IMG/VR virus record: IMGVR_UViG_3300033146_005954
Location: 3,859 to 67,858 of that record
DNA length: 64,000 nucleotides
Direction: 5' to 3' (one strand)
DNA from: a virus
Part shown: in pieces, positions 30,116 to 41,229 of the stretch
How positions within the stretch are numbered: position 1 is the stretch's first letter
How the letters are laid out: each line of letters begins with the position of its first letter
The notes under the pieces: model-generated
Told to the model about the DNA's origin: nothing
Databases searched by the model: none
What the model saw: only the letters and a program-made list of their open reading frames with translations
Translations under genes and position numbers: made by a program

Positions 30116-30361
30116 TTGAATAGTTTTTGTAAAGATTGTGAGCATAAAAATGTTCCAGCTATTTTTAAAGAAAAATATAATACATCAGTTAATAAGTTTT
30201 TTATAGAATGTCCGTTACATGACGAAAAAGTCGTATATTGTTTCAATAAAAATTTTAATATAAAATGGCAGGAATTTTATGAATGGCTTGTATCTAAAGG
30301 GATGTTAAGTAAAAATGAAAGAGAATTTTTGGAAGCAAACGAATGGAAAATTTCTTCTTGA
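30116..30361 (+). CDS. small Cys-rich hypothetical protein
   Basis: GGAGG SD, TTG start, sigma70 promoter at 30070. Confidence 0.55.
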   Translation: MNSFCKDCEHKNVPAIFKEKYNTSVNKFFIECPLHDEKVVYCFNKNFNIKWQEFYEWLVSKGMLSKNEREFLEANEWKISS

Positions 30362-30959
30362 AAGAGAAGCTTTAAATCTATCTTTTATATATTATAAAGA
30401 ATATAGAAAATATAGTAGAAAATATATAAATACTGCTAAAGTAAAAGATAGTAAATATTGGCAGTATTTTATTAAAACAATTGAAATGTATGGAAGTAAA
30501 AATGAATGGAACGCTAATAAATATATTGAAAGTGTATTTTATAATAATGGTAAAGTGTTTCCAGCTCAATTAATGAGAAAAGATTTTTGGGATAATTATG
30601 TTGGAGAATATAGAAGAGGATATGTAGATAAAAGTAAATCAATAGCTTATTTTTTGTTATCTTCCTATAAAAAAATTGAAAAATGGAATAAAAACAAAGG
30701 AAATAAAGTAATTGATTATGAAAATTATATTAAAAGTAATTTAATGATGTTAGATAGAATGATTTTAGATCCTTATTTTTTATCAATTAGTAAATCATTT
30801 AAAAATTATTATTTTACTTTAGATATGTACGAACAATATAACATTAGAAGTCCTGATGGTTTAGAGTCAAATAGAAGAAGTGTGTTTACAGAAAAGAAAA
30901 TTTTAGCTAAAATGAAAGAAATTTTAGGGGATGAGTTTGATGGGAGGAGTTTTCTATGA
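30315..30959 (+). CDS. hypothetical protein
   Basis: 214-aa ORF in operon. Confidence 0.6.
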   Translation: MKENFWKQTNGKFLLEREALNLSFIYYKEYRKYSRKYINTAKVKDSKYWQYFIKTIEMYGSKNEWNANKYIESVFYNNGKVFPAQLMRKDFWDNYVGEYRRGYVDKSKSIAYFLLSSYKKIEKWNKNKGNKVIDYENYIKSNLMMLDRMILDPYFLSISKSFKNYYFTLDMYEQYNIRSPDGLESNRRSVFTEKKILAKMKEILGDEFDGRSFL

Positions 30960-31138
30960 AAATAAGTGTAGATAAAGATTATAGTTTAGAATTTGAAGAT
31001 GTTTTCACACCTTTAATTATTAAACAAGATAAAGAAAGAGTTTCTATGGTAGCAAGAGATGGGGGATTTGAAATAATTTATGATAAGAGCTTGATTATTT
31101 TAAAAAATGGAGTTATAGAGGCGGTGAAAACTAAATGA
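30956..31138 (+). CDS. hypothetical protein
   Basis: GGAGG SD, overlapping start/stop. Confidence 0.55.
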   Translation: MKISVDKDYSLEFEDVFTPLIIKQDKERVSMVARDGGFEIIYDKSLIILKNGVIEAVKTK

Positions 31139-32100
31139 AAGTATTAGTGGATATGTTAAATATCATTTTTATAGAGTATCATGTAGCAAGAAGAAAATTA
31201 CATGATGAAGGAAAAGTTCTTGATGAGGAAAATCTTCCTTTTTATGCTCATTTGTTATTTAACAAAATGAATTCTATTTTTCAAACTTATGGAGAATTAG
31301 AAATTTGTTGGGAAGGTAAAAAAAGTTTAGATTTTAGAAGAAGTATTTATCCAGAATATAAAAGGAATAGAGAAAAAAATAAAACAGAAGATGAGTATCA
31401 AATTTTAAAATCTTTTATTCCTAAAATAGAAGAAGTTTTAAATTATTATCCTTGCAGACAGTATAAAATTGAAAATGCCGAAGGTGATGATTTAATGTAT
31501 AGTTTATGTAAAACTTTTGTAGAGGATTATGATGAAAAAGTAATTGTTTTATCAACAGATGGTGACTTAGTTCAATTTCAAAATTTTTGGGAAGATAAAG
31601 TTTCTGTTTATAATCCAATTAAAAGAAGTTTTGCAACAACTAAACCTAATATATTATTAGAAAAAGCAATAGTTGGAGACAGTTCAGATAATATTCCTGG
31701 ATTATTTAGAGTAGGAATTAAAACATTAGAAAAAATGTTAGATGATAAAAATAAATATAATGAAATAATAAACAAAGGAAATAACAAAGAGTTATTTACT
31801 ATGTTTACTAAAATAGTTGATTTAAGGAAAGCCCCTGAAAACATATTAATTGAAATAAAAGAATTGGTTAAAAAGCCATATAATGTTTTCCAAGATGGTG
31901 AAATAGAATTATTTTTCTGGGAAAGTAAACTACAAGATAATATAAAAAGATGGATGTTTGTTAAAGATGAAATCTGGCAAAAAATAAAACAAAAACAAGT
32001 CTATAAAGAAATAGAGACAGATATTATATTAGATGAAACAAAAATAATTAGTAAAATAGAAGTAGATGAAATAGATAAAATTTTAAGGGAATATGTATGA
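31135..32100 (+). CDS. 5'-3' exonuclease / T4 RNase H-like flap nuclease
   Basis: LVD, YPEYKRNR, EGDD, STDGDLVQ, GDSSDNIPG..VGIKT. Confidence 0.9.
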   Translation: MKVLVDMLNIIFIEYHVARRKLHDEGKVLDEENLPFYAHLLFNKMNSIFQTYGELEICWEGKKSLDFRRSIYPEYKRNREKNKTEDEYQILKSFIPKIEEVLNYYPCRQYKIENAEGDDLMYSLCKTFVEDYDEKVIVLSTDGDLVQFQNFWEDKVSVYNPIKRSFATTKPNILLEKAIVGDSSDNIPGLFRVGIKTLEKMLDDKNKYNEIINKGNNKELFTMFTKIVDLRKAPENILIEIKELVKKPYNVFQDGEIELFFWESKLQDNIKRWMFVKDEIWQKIKQKQVYKEIETDIILDETKIISKIEVDEIDKILREYV

Positions 32101-32279
32101 ATGAAGAGGTTTTAAATATTTGGGGAAAATTAAGTGACATTCCTGTAAATAATTATGGAGAAATAGAAGAAGATTTTTTACATTTTCCAATTGGAACAGA
32201 AAGAGAAGAAATTTGGTTATGGTTAGAAGAAGAATATAATATAAGTGTAGTTGAATTAATGTATAAAGGAGAAAAATAA
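32097..32279 (+). CDS. hypothetical phage protein
   Basis: FPIGTEREEIWLW motif. Confidence 0.6.
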   Translation: MNEEVLNIWGKLSDIPVNNYGEIEEDFLHFPIGTEREEIWLWLEEEYNISVVELMYKGEK

Positions 32280-32504
32280 ATGAAAGTAACAGTAGGAAAT
32301 AGTGTGGGGATGACAATTTCTCCAAAACCTTATGAAAGCATAAGAGTTGAAACAACTTTTATGATTGAAAAAGATATAAAAGAAGGGGAAGAAGAAGCTT
32401 TATTTGAAAAAGTTGAAAAAAAAATAATGGAAGATTTAGAAAATAAAATTAGGAAAGTCTATAAAAAACAACTTGATTTGAAGAGTTCGTTAAATAACTA
32501 TTGA
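32280..32504 (+). CDS. hypothetical protein
   Basis: AAGGAG SD; YESIRV motif. Confidence 0.6.
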   Translation: MKVTVGNSVGMTISPKPYESIRVETTFMIEKDIKEGEEEALFEKVEKKIMEDLENKIRKVYKKQLDLKSSLNNY

Positions 32505-32546
32505 CAATAAATGATTTTTATTGTATAATATACTATAGGAGAGTAA

Positions 32547-33572
32547 ATGAAGATAATTGGAATAGGTAATACAGGTGCTAAAATTGCTTTAATGTTAAAC
32601 AAAGAAGCTACTGTTATTTTAACAGCAGAACAAGATACAAATAATTTTAAAGAGAATAAAAATGTATTTTCTGTAACAGAAGAAGGAGCCTCTAAAAGAT
32701 TTAAGACTGGATTAGAAATATGGGAAAATAATTCTGATAGATTAAGAAATATTATTAAAAATTTTAAAAATGATTATATAATAGTTTTTTCAGCCATGGG
32801 CGGAGGTTCTGGGAGTAGTGCTTTAAATCCTGTTTCAAATATTTTATTGGAAAACAATAACAAAGTATTAGTTATTGGAATTCTACCATATAAAGGAGAA
32901 AGTAATCCTCCTTTAGCTAATTCTGTTCAATCAGTAAATAGTTTACTTCCTTTATTAAATAAAATAACTTTAATGTTATTTGATAACACTTATTTAATAA
33001 AATTACTTGGAACAAATTGGGATTTAATAAATAAATTCATTTCTCAAAGAGTCGATTATATGATTAATTTATTAGAAAAATATAATACCAATAATTATTC
33101 CCCTGTAACTTTAGATAAGAGTGAGTTATATTCTGTTATTTTCGGAACAGGGTTTTTAGATTTTAGTAATGATTTTTTAGAGGAAACTTTCCCAAAATTT
33201 ACTTATAGCAAAATGGATAAAAATGCTAAAAATTGCCTTATAGGTATGTTTGTAGATGATAAAATAGATAATGAAAATATTAGCAAATATCATAATATAT
33301 TAACTGATGTAATAGTTAAAATGAGTAAAAAAATACCTAACTCAAGAATGATTCCCGGTATTTTAAGGTATTCTATTAATAAATCAGGAAGTGCAGATAA
33401 ATCAATTAAAGATAGAGCTTATTTCACAATTGTTTCCGGTTTAAATGCTGATAATTATATGAAAAAAATTGAGAAATTAAAAGATCAAGCTGTTAAAAAA
33501 GCCATTGCTTATAATGTAAAAGCTGATAAAGTAAAATTAGACAAAAAGGATTTAAAGGTATTAGATATATGA
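32547..33572 (+). CDS. tubulin/FtsZ-family GTPase (PhuZ/TubZ-like)
   Basis: IGIGNTGAKI, SAMGGGSGS signature, ILP..E, FDN; sigma70 promoter at 32501. Confidence 0.85.
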   Translation: MKIIGIGNTGAKIALMLNKEATVILTAEQDTNNFKENKNVFSVTEEGASKRFKTGLEIWENNSDRLRNIIKNFKNDYIIVFSAMGGGSGSSALNPVSNILLENNNKVLVIGILPYKGESNPPLANSVQSVNSLLPLLNKITLMLFDNTYLIKLLGTNWDLINKFISQRVDYMINLLEKYNTNNYSPVTLDKSELYSVIFGTGFLDFSNDFLEETFPKFTYSKMDKNAKNCLIGMFVDDKIDNENISKYHNILTDVIVKMSKKIPNSRMIPGILRYSINKSGSADKSIKDRAYFTIVSGLNADNYMKKIEKLKDQAVKKAIAYNVKADKVKLDKKDLKVLDI

Positions 33573-33862
33573 AAGATTTTGAATTGACATTAGACATTTT
33601 AGAAGAAAAAACAAATAATATAGGGTCAACTGTTAAGAAAATAAGTGATTTAGTAGATGATTATAAAGACGAAATAACAGATGATTATGATCTACCTGAT
33701 TTAGATTTAGCTAAAATAAGTGAAAAGAAAGTTTTCACTTTAAAAATAAAAGACGTTGAAAATTTTATTGAATTAGCTTTAATTTTATTAGACTCTGGAT
33801 ATAAAATAAGTAAATTAGGTGATTTAATAACTATAGAAGAAGACAGAGAGGTTTTTTATTGA
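33569..33862 (+). CDS. hypothetical protein
   Basis: Coupled ORF. Confidence 0.55.
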   Translation: MKDFELTLDILEEKTNNIGSTVKKISDLVDDYKDEITDDYDLPDLDLAKISEKKVFTLKIKDVENFIELALILLDSGYKISKLGDLITIEEDREVFY

Positions 33863-34536
33863 GAAATTGTAGAATTTGTAAAACACCTTGTGTGTCTGAA
33901 TATAGAAGAATTACTAATTCTGGTAATAGTAGTTATTGTTTTATAGAAGCATTAGAATATAAAAGATCATTAAAATATAATAAAATAAAAGAGGGAATGA
34001 AAAGTATGAAAGAATTTATTAGTGAAGAAAGTATTAAAGTAATGGTTGAAGAGTTAGCGAATAAAATTAATGAAGATTATAAAGAAATTCATTTAATTGG
34101 ATTACTAAAAGGATCATTTGTTTTTTTAGCTGATTTAATGAGAAAAATAACTATCCCAGTTACTGTTGATTTTATGTCTGTTAGAAGTTATGAAGGAACT
34201 GAAAGCACTGGCGAAGTTAAAGTTTTAAAAGAATTAAATGAAAGTATTTATGATAAAGACATTTTGATAGTAGAAGATATAATAGATACAGGAAATACAT
34301 TACGGTCTATCATAGACTTGTTATTATTGAAACATCCAAAAAGTTTAGAAATAGTTACTTTATTAGATAAACCAAGTAGAAGAATTAAAAAAATAAATGC
34401 TAAATATACAGGTTTTACAATAGAAGACAAGTTTGTCGTAGGGTACGGAATCGATAGTTCACAGGCATATCGACAACTACCTTACATTGGAACTGTTCCA
34501 TATAATGTTTCTGTTGGAAAAGAAGAAATAAAATAA
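33859..34536 (+). CDS. hpt: hypoxanthine phosphoribosyltransferase (core starts about 34006)
   Basis: LLKGSFVFLADL, LIVEDIIDTGNTL, FVVGYGID, YRQLP. Confidence 0.92.
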   Translation: MRNCRICKTPCVSEYRRITNSGNSSYCFIEALEYKRSLKYNKIKEGMKSMKEFISEESIKVMVEELANKINEDYKEIHLIGLLKGSFVFLADLMRKITIPVTVDFMSVRSYEGTESTGEVKVLKELNESIYDKDILIVEDIIDTGNTLRSIIDLLLLKHPKSLEIVTLLDKPSRRIKKINAKYTGFTIEDKFVVGYGIDSSQAYRQLPYIGTVPYNVSVGKEEIK

Positions 34537-34553
34537 AAAAAGTAGTATAATAA

Positions 34554-35951
<1,398 letters not shown>

Positions 35952-35965
<14 letters not shown>

Positions 35966-36191
35966 TGATGATAAGCAAAGAGTGAAGCATTTGTTTAATA
36001 ATTGGTTAGAATTGAAAGATAGTAAAAAGTCTTTAACAGCAGAACAAAAAGATTTGGTAACTGAAGCATCAGATATTTTAGAGAGTAAAAAAGGGTTGGT
36101 TTCTAAACTGTTTTCTTTTTTAGAAAAAAAATTAGAAAATGGAGAAGATGAACTAGACGAGCTATCAGAAATAGCATCCTTAATAGATTAA
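35952..36191 (+). CDS. possible T4 DsbA/GapR-like dsDNA-binding protein
   Basis: 79-aa helical protein with DsbA-like size and pattern (QKDLVTEA..L, acidic tail). Confidence 0.4.
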
Positions 36192-36237
36192 TTTATATTT
36201 CCTCTTTTGTAAAGATAATATAAGAGAGGAAAAATAT

Positions 36238-36516
36238 ATGAAACCAGTTGGAAATAAAGAATTATTAGAATGGATAAATGATGAAATCCCTACAGTAGCT
36301 CCTATGGGAATGGGACCAAGAGATGGAAGTGGTCCAAGGTGTAATCCTGATAATCCATTAAATAAAATATTAGAACCTGAAGTAATTGTTAAGAAGGTTG
36401 AGATTGAACCAGAACCAGAATCTGCTTTACCAAGGAGTGAAGAAAATAGGAAAATAGCTTTAGCTAAATTGAAGTTAGCATTTTCTGAAATAAATAATTT
36501 GCTTCAAGAATTATAA
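36238..36516 (+). CDS. hypothetical late protein with GMGPRDGSGP motif
   Basis: Late motif at 36209; AGAGG SD. Confidence 0.6.
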   Translation: MKPVGNKELLEWINDEIPTVAPMGMGPRDGSGPRCNPDNPLNKILEPEVIVKKVEIEPEPESALPRSEENRKIALAKLKLAFSEINNLLQEL

Positions 36517-36673
36517 TGGAAAAAGAAATTTTAGAAGAAATAAAAAAAACAAATAGATTATTAGAAAAATTAATAGGGGAAGTTCAAATACTTGATGAGC
36601 CTATTGATAAAAGTTATCATGATCTTGTTAAAAAAGAGGTAAGAGTGCCTTAAAATAAAGAAAGGGAGAGGGA

Positions 36674-37108
36674 ATGGAATTTGTGGAAATACCTATTTCA
36701 ATAAATATTGAAATAGGAGAAATGTTTAAAATAATTTATAGTTATAAGAAAAGAAATAAATATAACAAATTCATGAAAGATAAGAGATTTAATATATATG
36801 ATAACTTTGAAAGAAAAATTTTAGAAAAAAGTCCAAATATCCCATCTCTTCAATATGATAGAAGAAAAGATTATGAAGATAGAACAGAAATATATTATAT
36901 TATAATAAATGAAATCCCAGATTATATAATAAATAAATTAAAAGGAATGTTTGTTGTTTCCGGATGGATTCCTAAAAGTGCTGGTTGTGTTGATTGTGTA
37001 TATAAAAAAAATGACACAGATATAATGTTTTTCTGTGATGTTAAACAAAAAACTTTAACAAATTATGTGAAAAATTGTAAATTCTTTCAGCAGGAAAAAT
37101 ATAAATGA
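36674..37108 (+). CDS. hypothetical protein with C-terminal Cys cluster
   Basis: CVDC...C...C; upstream of primase. Confidence 0.6.
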   Translation: MEFVEIPISINIEIGEMFKIIYSYKKRNKYNKFMKDKRFNIYDNFERKILEKSPNIPSLQYDRRKDYEDRTEIYYIIINEIPDYIINKLKGMFVVSGWIPKSAGCVDCVYKKNDTDIMFFCDVKQKTLTNYVKNCKFFQQEKYK

Positions 37109-38127
37109 AAATACCTAAATCAGTAGATAGAAGTTATTTAATTAAAGAATTAAATCCTGTAGATAAGGGAAGTTATTATTTAGCAAATTGTCCTTCTTGC
37201 GGAAAAAGAGAATTATACGTTTATAAAAATAAAGATTTTATGGTTTGTAATAGATTAAATAAATGTGGATATGTTAATAATATACTTAATTATTTAAAAG
37301 AGGATGGATTATCAAAAGCAGAAATTTCAAAACTTTTATTTTCTTCTGATAGTATTGAAGAGGAAGTAATAGAACAACAATTCATAACACCATTAAAAAA
37401 CGTAAATTATTTCAACTCAGCTAATAAAAATTTTTCTTATAGATTAGCATATAATTATTTAAAAAAAAGAGGAATAAAAGATAATGTAATAAATGAACTA
37501 GGATATGTTAGCACAAATAGTTCTATAAAAATATATATACCTTTTTATGAGAGTGATATATTAGTATATTATACTTTAAGAGATATAAATAAAAATGCTT
37601 ATTTAAGATGGACAGACCCTAAAGGAATAAATAAACATGAATATGTTTATAATTTAGATAATATAAAAAATACTGTTTTTATATTTGAAGGCTTAATGGA
37701 TGCTTTATCGCTAGATAGTCAAATAGGAACTGCTATGCTAACTTCTAATTTAGGGAAAGTTCAAATAACAAAAATAATGGAACAGTCCCCTAAAAATATT
37801 GTTTTAGTTCCAGATATGGATAAAGCAGGTGTTTTATCTATTAAAAAAAATATTAATTTATTAAAAGAATATACACCTCCATCTTTAGATGTTAATATAT
37901 TACTTTATATTTTAGATCCTATTAGATATGATTTAATAAATAATATTTTATCTATGAAATATAATTTAATAAAAGAAAATGAATTAATTAACAAGTTGAA
38001 AGGGTTTAAAGATTTTAATGAAACAAATAGAAGTTATATTGATTTAAAAGATTGTGTAAATCAAGATAAAAAAGGTATAGCTTTTGATTTATTAAAAAAT
38101 TTTCAAAAATCATATATAAAAATATAA
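37105..38127 (+). CDS. DNA primase
   Basis: CPSC..C..C Zn ribbon, YLKKRGI, IPFY, TOPRIM FEGLMDALS and PDMD. Confidence 0.88.
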   Translation: MKIPKSVDRSYLIKELNPVDKGSYYLANCPSCGKRELYVYKNKDFMVCNRLNKCGYVNNILNYLKEDGLSKAEISKLLFSSDSIEEEVIEQQFITPLKNVNYFNSANKNFSYRLAYNYLKKRGIKDNVINELGYVSTNSSIKIYIPFYESDILVYYTLRDINKNAYLRWTDPKGINKHEYVYNLDNIKNTVFIFEGLMDALSLDSQIGTAMLTSNLGKVQITKIMEQSPKNIVLVPDMDKAGVLSIKKNINLLKEYTPPSLDVNILLYILDPIRYDLINNILSMKYNLIKENELINKLKGFKDFNETNRSYIDLKDCVNQDKKGIAFDLLKNFQKSYIKI

Positions 38128-38145
38128 TTTAATATAGGAGAATAT

Positions 38146-38292
38146 ATGAAGAGTGTCTTAATAGATAATTCAATACATGAGTTATTAAAAAAAGCATCTG
38201 TAGAGTCAGGTGTTAAAATAAAATATATTACAGAAATAGCTATTTTAGAAAAATTAGAAAAATTAGAAAAATTAGAAAAGGACGATAAATGA
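38146..38292 (+). CDS. small ribbon-helix-helix-like DNA-binding protein
   Basis: MKSVLIDNSIHELLKKASVESGVKIKYITEIAI; AGGAG SD. Confidence 0.55.
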   Translation: MKSVLIDNSIHELLKKASVESGVKIKYITEIAILEKLEKLEKLEKDDK

Positions 38293-38810
38293 AAGAAGAT
38301 GTATATGAAATAATTTTAAGTAATGAATTAGAAAAAATAGTTGAAACACATGATGTATTAGAAGATGAATTAACAGAAGCTATTGAAATAGGGGAAAAAA
38401 TGATTAGAACATGTGTTCTAAATGGAGGTATAGGTTTAGCAGCCCCTCAAGTAAATATAAATAAAAAAATAATAGTTTATTCATATAAAGAAGAAAATGA
38501 TCAAATGTTATATAAAATAGTTTTTAACCCAATGTATATTCCCCAAGAAAAGAAGATGACATCTGTATGGGAAGGATGTTTATCTTATTTAGATAAAGTA
38601 TTTGCTATTAAAAGATATAAATATATAAGAGCCATTTATTATTCCTATTTACCAGAAGACAAAAAACTTTTAAAAATAACTAAAAATTTAAGAGGTGATG
38701 AAGCAATTGTATTTCAGCATGAAACAGATCATTTGTATAATAAACATATTGGTTTAGTTGGAATAGAAGTTGACATGAAAGAAATAGAGGATACAAATGC
38801 CGAAGATTAA
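38289..38810 (+). CDS. def: peptide deformylase
   Basis: GIGLAAPQV, EGCLS, QHETDH. Confidence 0.93.
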   Translation: MKEDVYEIILSNELEKIVETHDVLEDELTEAIEIGEKMIRTCVLNGGIGLAAPQVNINKKIIVYSYKEENDQMLYKIVFNPMYIPQEKKMTSVWEGCLSYLDKVFAIKRYKYIRAIYYSYLPEDKKLLKITKNLRGDEAIVFQHETDHLYNKHIGLVGIEVDMKEIEDTNAED

Positions 38811-39285
38811 TTCAAAAAAGAAAGGAAATCGAGTAGAGCGTGAATTTGCTAAAGCGTTAAATAATAGATTTAATTTAGACAATGCTTTTCGTAGAGTTCC
38901 TATGAGTGGTGCATTTACAACTAATAATATTTTCACTGATGTTAGACAAGATGCAAAAGAAATACTATCCGGTGATTTAATAGTTCCTGAAAATTTTAAT
39001 TTTAGTATTGAATGTAAGGGAAGGCAGGATTTTAATTTTTGGGATATGTTGAATGATGATACACTTCATTTAGAAATTGATGATTGGATAATACAAGCAT
39101 CAAATGATGCCTCTATTAGTGGAAAAGAACCTTTATTATTAATAAAGGTTAATAATAGAAAACCTTTTGCTTTGTTTCCAGTAAAGTTAAAAGAAACCAA
39201 TATTAGATATAAAGAATTTAGTGTTTTAAGATTTGATTATTTATTAAAATTAGAAGATAAATTCTTTTTTAAAGGGGAAATATGA
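38797..39285 (+). CDS. Holliday junction resolvase (Hjc-type)
   Basis: SKKKGNRVERE, RRVPMSGA, GDL, SIECK. Confidence 0.85.
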   Translation: MPKINSKKKGNRVEREFAKALNNRFNLDNAFRRVPMSGAFTTNNIFTDVRQDAKEILSGDLIVPENFNFSIECKGRQDFNFWDMLNDDTLHLEIDDWIIQASNDASISGKEPLLLIKVNNRKPFALFPVKLKETNIRYKEFSVLRFDYLLKLEDKFFFKGEI

Positions 39286-39860
39286 AATTAAGTGATTATA
39301 TATTAGAAATTGAATTAGAAGCAGATAAAGGATCAGAAGCAGTTTTCAACACTATTTTAAAACAAGTATTTACAAAAGAATATTTAGCTAAAATAGAGAA
39401 AATAATAGTTAAAACTATTAAATTTAAATATGGTTCTTTACCAAGTTCAGCTCCTGTAGCTACACAAGGAAGAACTATTATTATTGATAAAGAAAAGTAT
39501 GATAAAATACCAAATCATATAAAAACAAATTATATTTTACATGAATTTATTCATATATTACAAAATACTAAATCATTTTTAGTATTAAATGCTTTTAAAG
39601 AAATTCACTTATTAACAAATGAACTAATGTCTATTTTTAAAAAAAATTCTGTAAAGCCTTATTCAGTGTTTTTAACAGGGCAAAATCAAAATATTGGAAG
39701 AGGTGGGAAAATGGAATTAGTTTCTTATTTAATGAATAATTCTTTTAATCCTTCAGCTTTAACTATTGAAGGAAAAAAACTATTTAAGAATGCTTTAATA
39801 AACTCAGATATTTTTAATACCTCCTCAAATTTTTGGAAATTAAGACTTAATAGATTTTAA
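39282..39860 (+). CDS. HExxH zincin-like protein, possibly virion-associated
   Basis: ILHEFIH, downstream E; MKLSDYILE leader; GTAAAGTTAA at 39181. Confidence 0.55.
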   Translation: MKLSDYILEIELEADKGSEAVFNTILKQVFTKEYLAKIEKIIVKTIKFKYGSLPSSAPVATQGRTIIIDKEKYDKIPNHIKTNYILHEFIHILQNTKSFLVLNAFKEIHLLTNELMSIFKKNSVKPYSVFLTGQNQNIGRGGKMELVSYLMNNSFNPSALTIEGKKLFKNALINSDIFNTSSNFWKLRLNRF

Positions 39861-39909
39861 CTATTGACAAAATTTATAAAATGTTATATAATATGAACAA
39901 GGAGGGTTA

Positions 39910-41229
39910 ATGTCTGAAAATTTAAAATTTGCTACTCAAAAATTAGAACCTTTAATATTAAATAATTGTATATTAAACCCATCTTATTTTCTGAAATTTA
40001 AAAAATACTTACAGACAGAAAAAGATAAAACATATTTTAATGATAAAAAATATCAAATGATTTTTAATATATTAGCAAAATATTATGATAGATTTCAAAA
40101 ACTTCCCGTAAAAGAAACTTTTGAAATAATAACTGAAAAACTATCAAAAGATGATTTAGAGTTAAAAATGTATTATACTTCTATTATAAATAATATGTAT
40201 TTAAAACAAGAAATAGATAATGATTTTTTAATGGAAGAAACAGCCAAATTTATTAAAGAAGCAAGAGTCTATGAAGCTTTGATGAATTCTCAAAACTTAA
40301 TTGAAAAACAAGATTTTTCAAAAATAGTTTCCGAAATGGAGGAAGCTGTAAGAGTTAATTTTGATACAGATTTTGGAATATCTATTAAAGAAGTTGGAGA
40401 AGTTTTTAGACAAATAGATTTAACTGAAAATGTAAAAGTAGTTAGTAGTGGGTATTCAGCTTTTGACAGTATAATAGGTGGAGGTTTTAAACCAAAAAAT
40501 CTATATGTTTTATCAGCTCTTCCAGGTTATGGTAAAACATTATTTAAAGGTAATATAGCCTTAAATATGGTTTTGCAAGGATATAAAGTAGTTTATTATT
40601 CTATGGAAATGTCTGTTTCTCAAATGATGACAAGATATTATCAAAATATAATTAATGTGTCAAAAACAGAACTTATAATTCATGAAGAAGAAAGTAAAGA
40701 ATTGCTAAATAAAAAACTTAATTTAATAGAAGGTGATTTAATATTAAAAGAATATAACTCAAATTCTGTTTCTTCAAATGATATAATGGCTCATTTGAGA
40801 GATTTAAAAACTTATGAAAATTTCATACCAGATATCGTATTTGTTGATTATATTATGATTATGCTTCCAAACTCATATAATAAAGACGCAAGTATGTATG
40901 AAAAATATAATGATGTAGCTATAGAGTTGAGAAATATAGGAAAAGAATTTGATATTCCAATAGTTTCCTCTATTCAAATAAATAGAGAAGGAATGGATGA
41001 TAAGGGTGGAACTAAATCGTCTGTCTCATCTAAAGCGCTTGCTGGAAGTAGAGGAGTTTTAGATACAGCTGATGGATTATTTATAATTGGAGCATCAAAG
41101 AAAGAAAAAGAAAAGAATTTATTTAAGTTAATAACAGATAAAAACAGGCATGGTCCAACAGACACAATTGTTAATTTTGAAATAGATTATGATCACATGA
41201 GAATAAATGAAAAGAGTGTAATGAATTAA
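39910..41229 (+). CDS. DnaB/gp41 replicative helicase
   Basis: ALPGYGKT, SMEMS, FVDYI, QINR, KNRHG; sigma70 promoter at 39864. Confidence 0.92.
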   Translation: MSENLKFATQKLEPLILNNCILNPSYFLKFKKYLQTEKDKTYFNDKKYQMIFNILAKYYDRFQKLPVKETFEIITEKLSKDDLELKMYYTSIINNMYLKQEIDNDFLMEETAKFIKEARVYEALMNSQNLIEKQDFSKIVSEMEEAVRVNFDTDFGISIKEVGEVFRQIDLTENVKVVSSGYSAFDSIIGGGFKPKNLYVLSALPGYGKTLFKGNIALNMVLQGYKVVYYSMEMSVSQMMTRYYQNIINVSKTELIIHEEESKELLNKKLNLIEGDLILKEYNSNSVSSNDIMAHLRDLKTYENFIPDIVFVDYIMIMLPNSYNKDASMYEKYNDVAIELRNIGKEFDIPIVSSIQINREGMDDKGGTKSSVSSKALAGSRGVLDTADGLFIIGASKKEKEKNLFKLITDKNRHGPTDTIVNFEIDYDHMRINEKSVMN

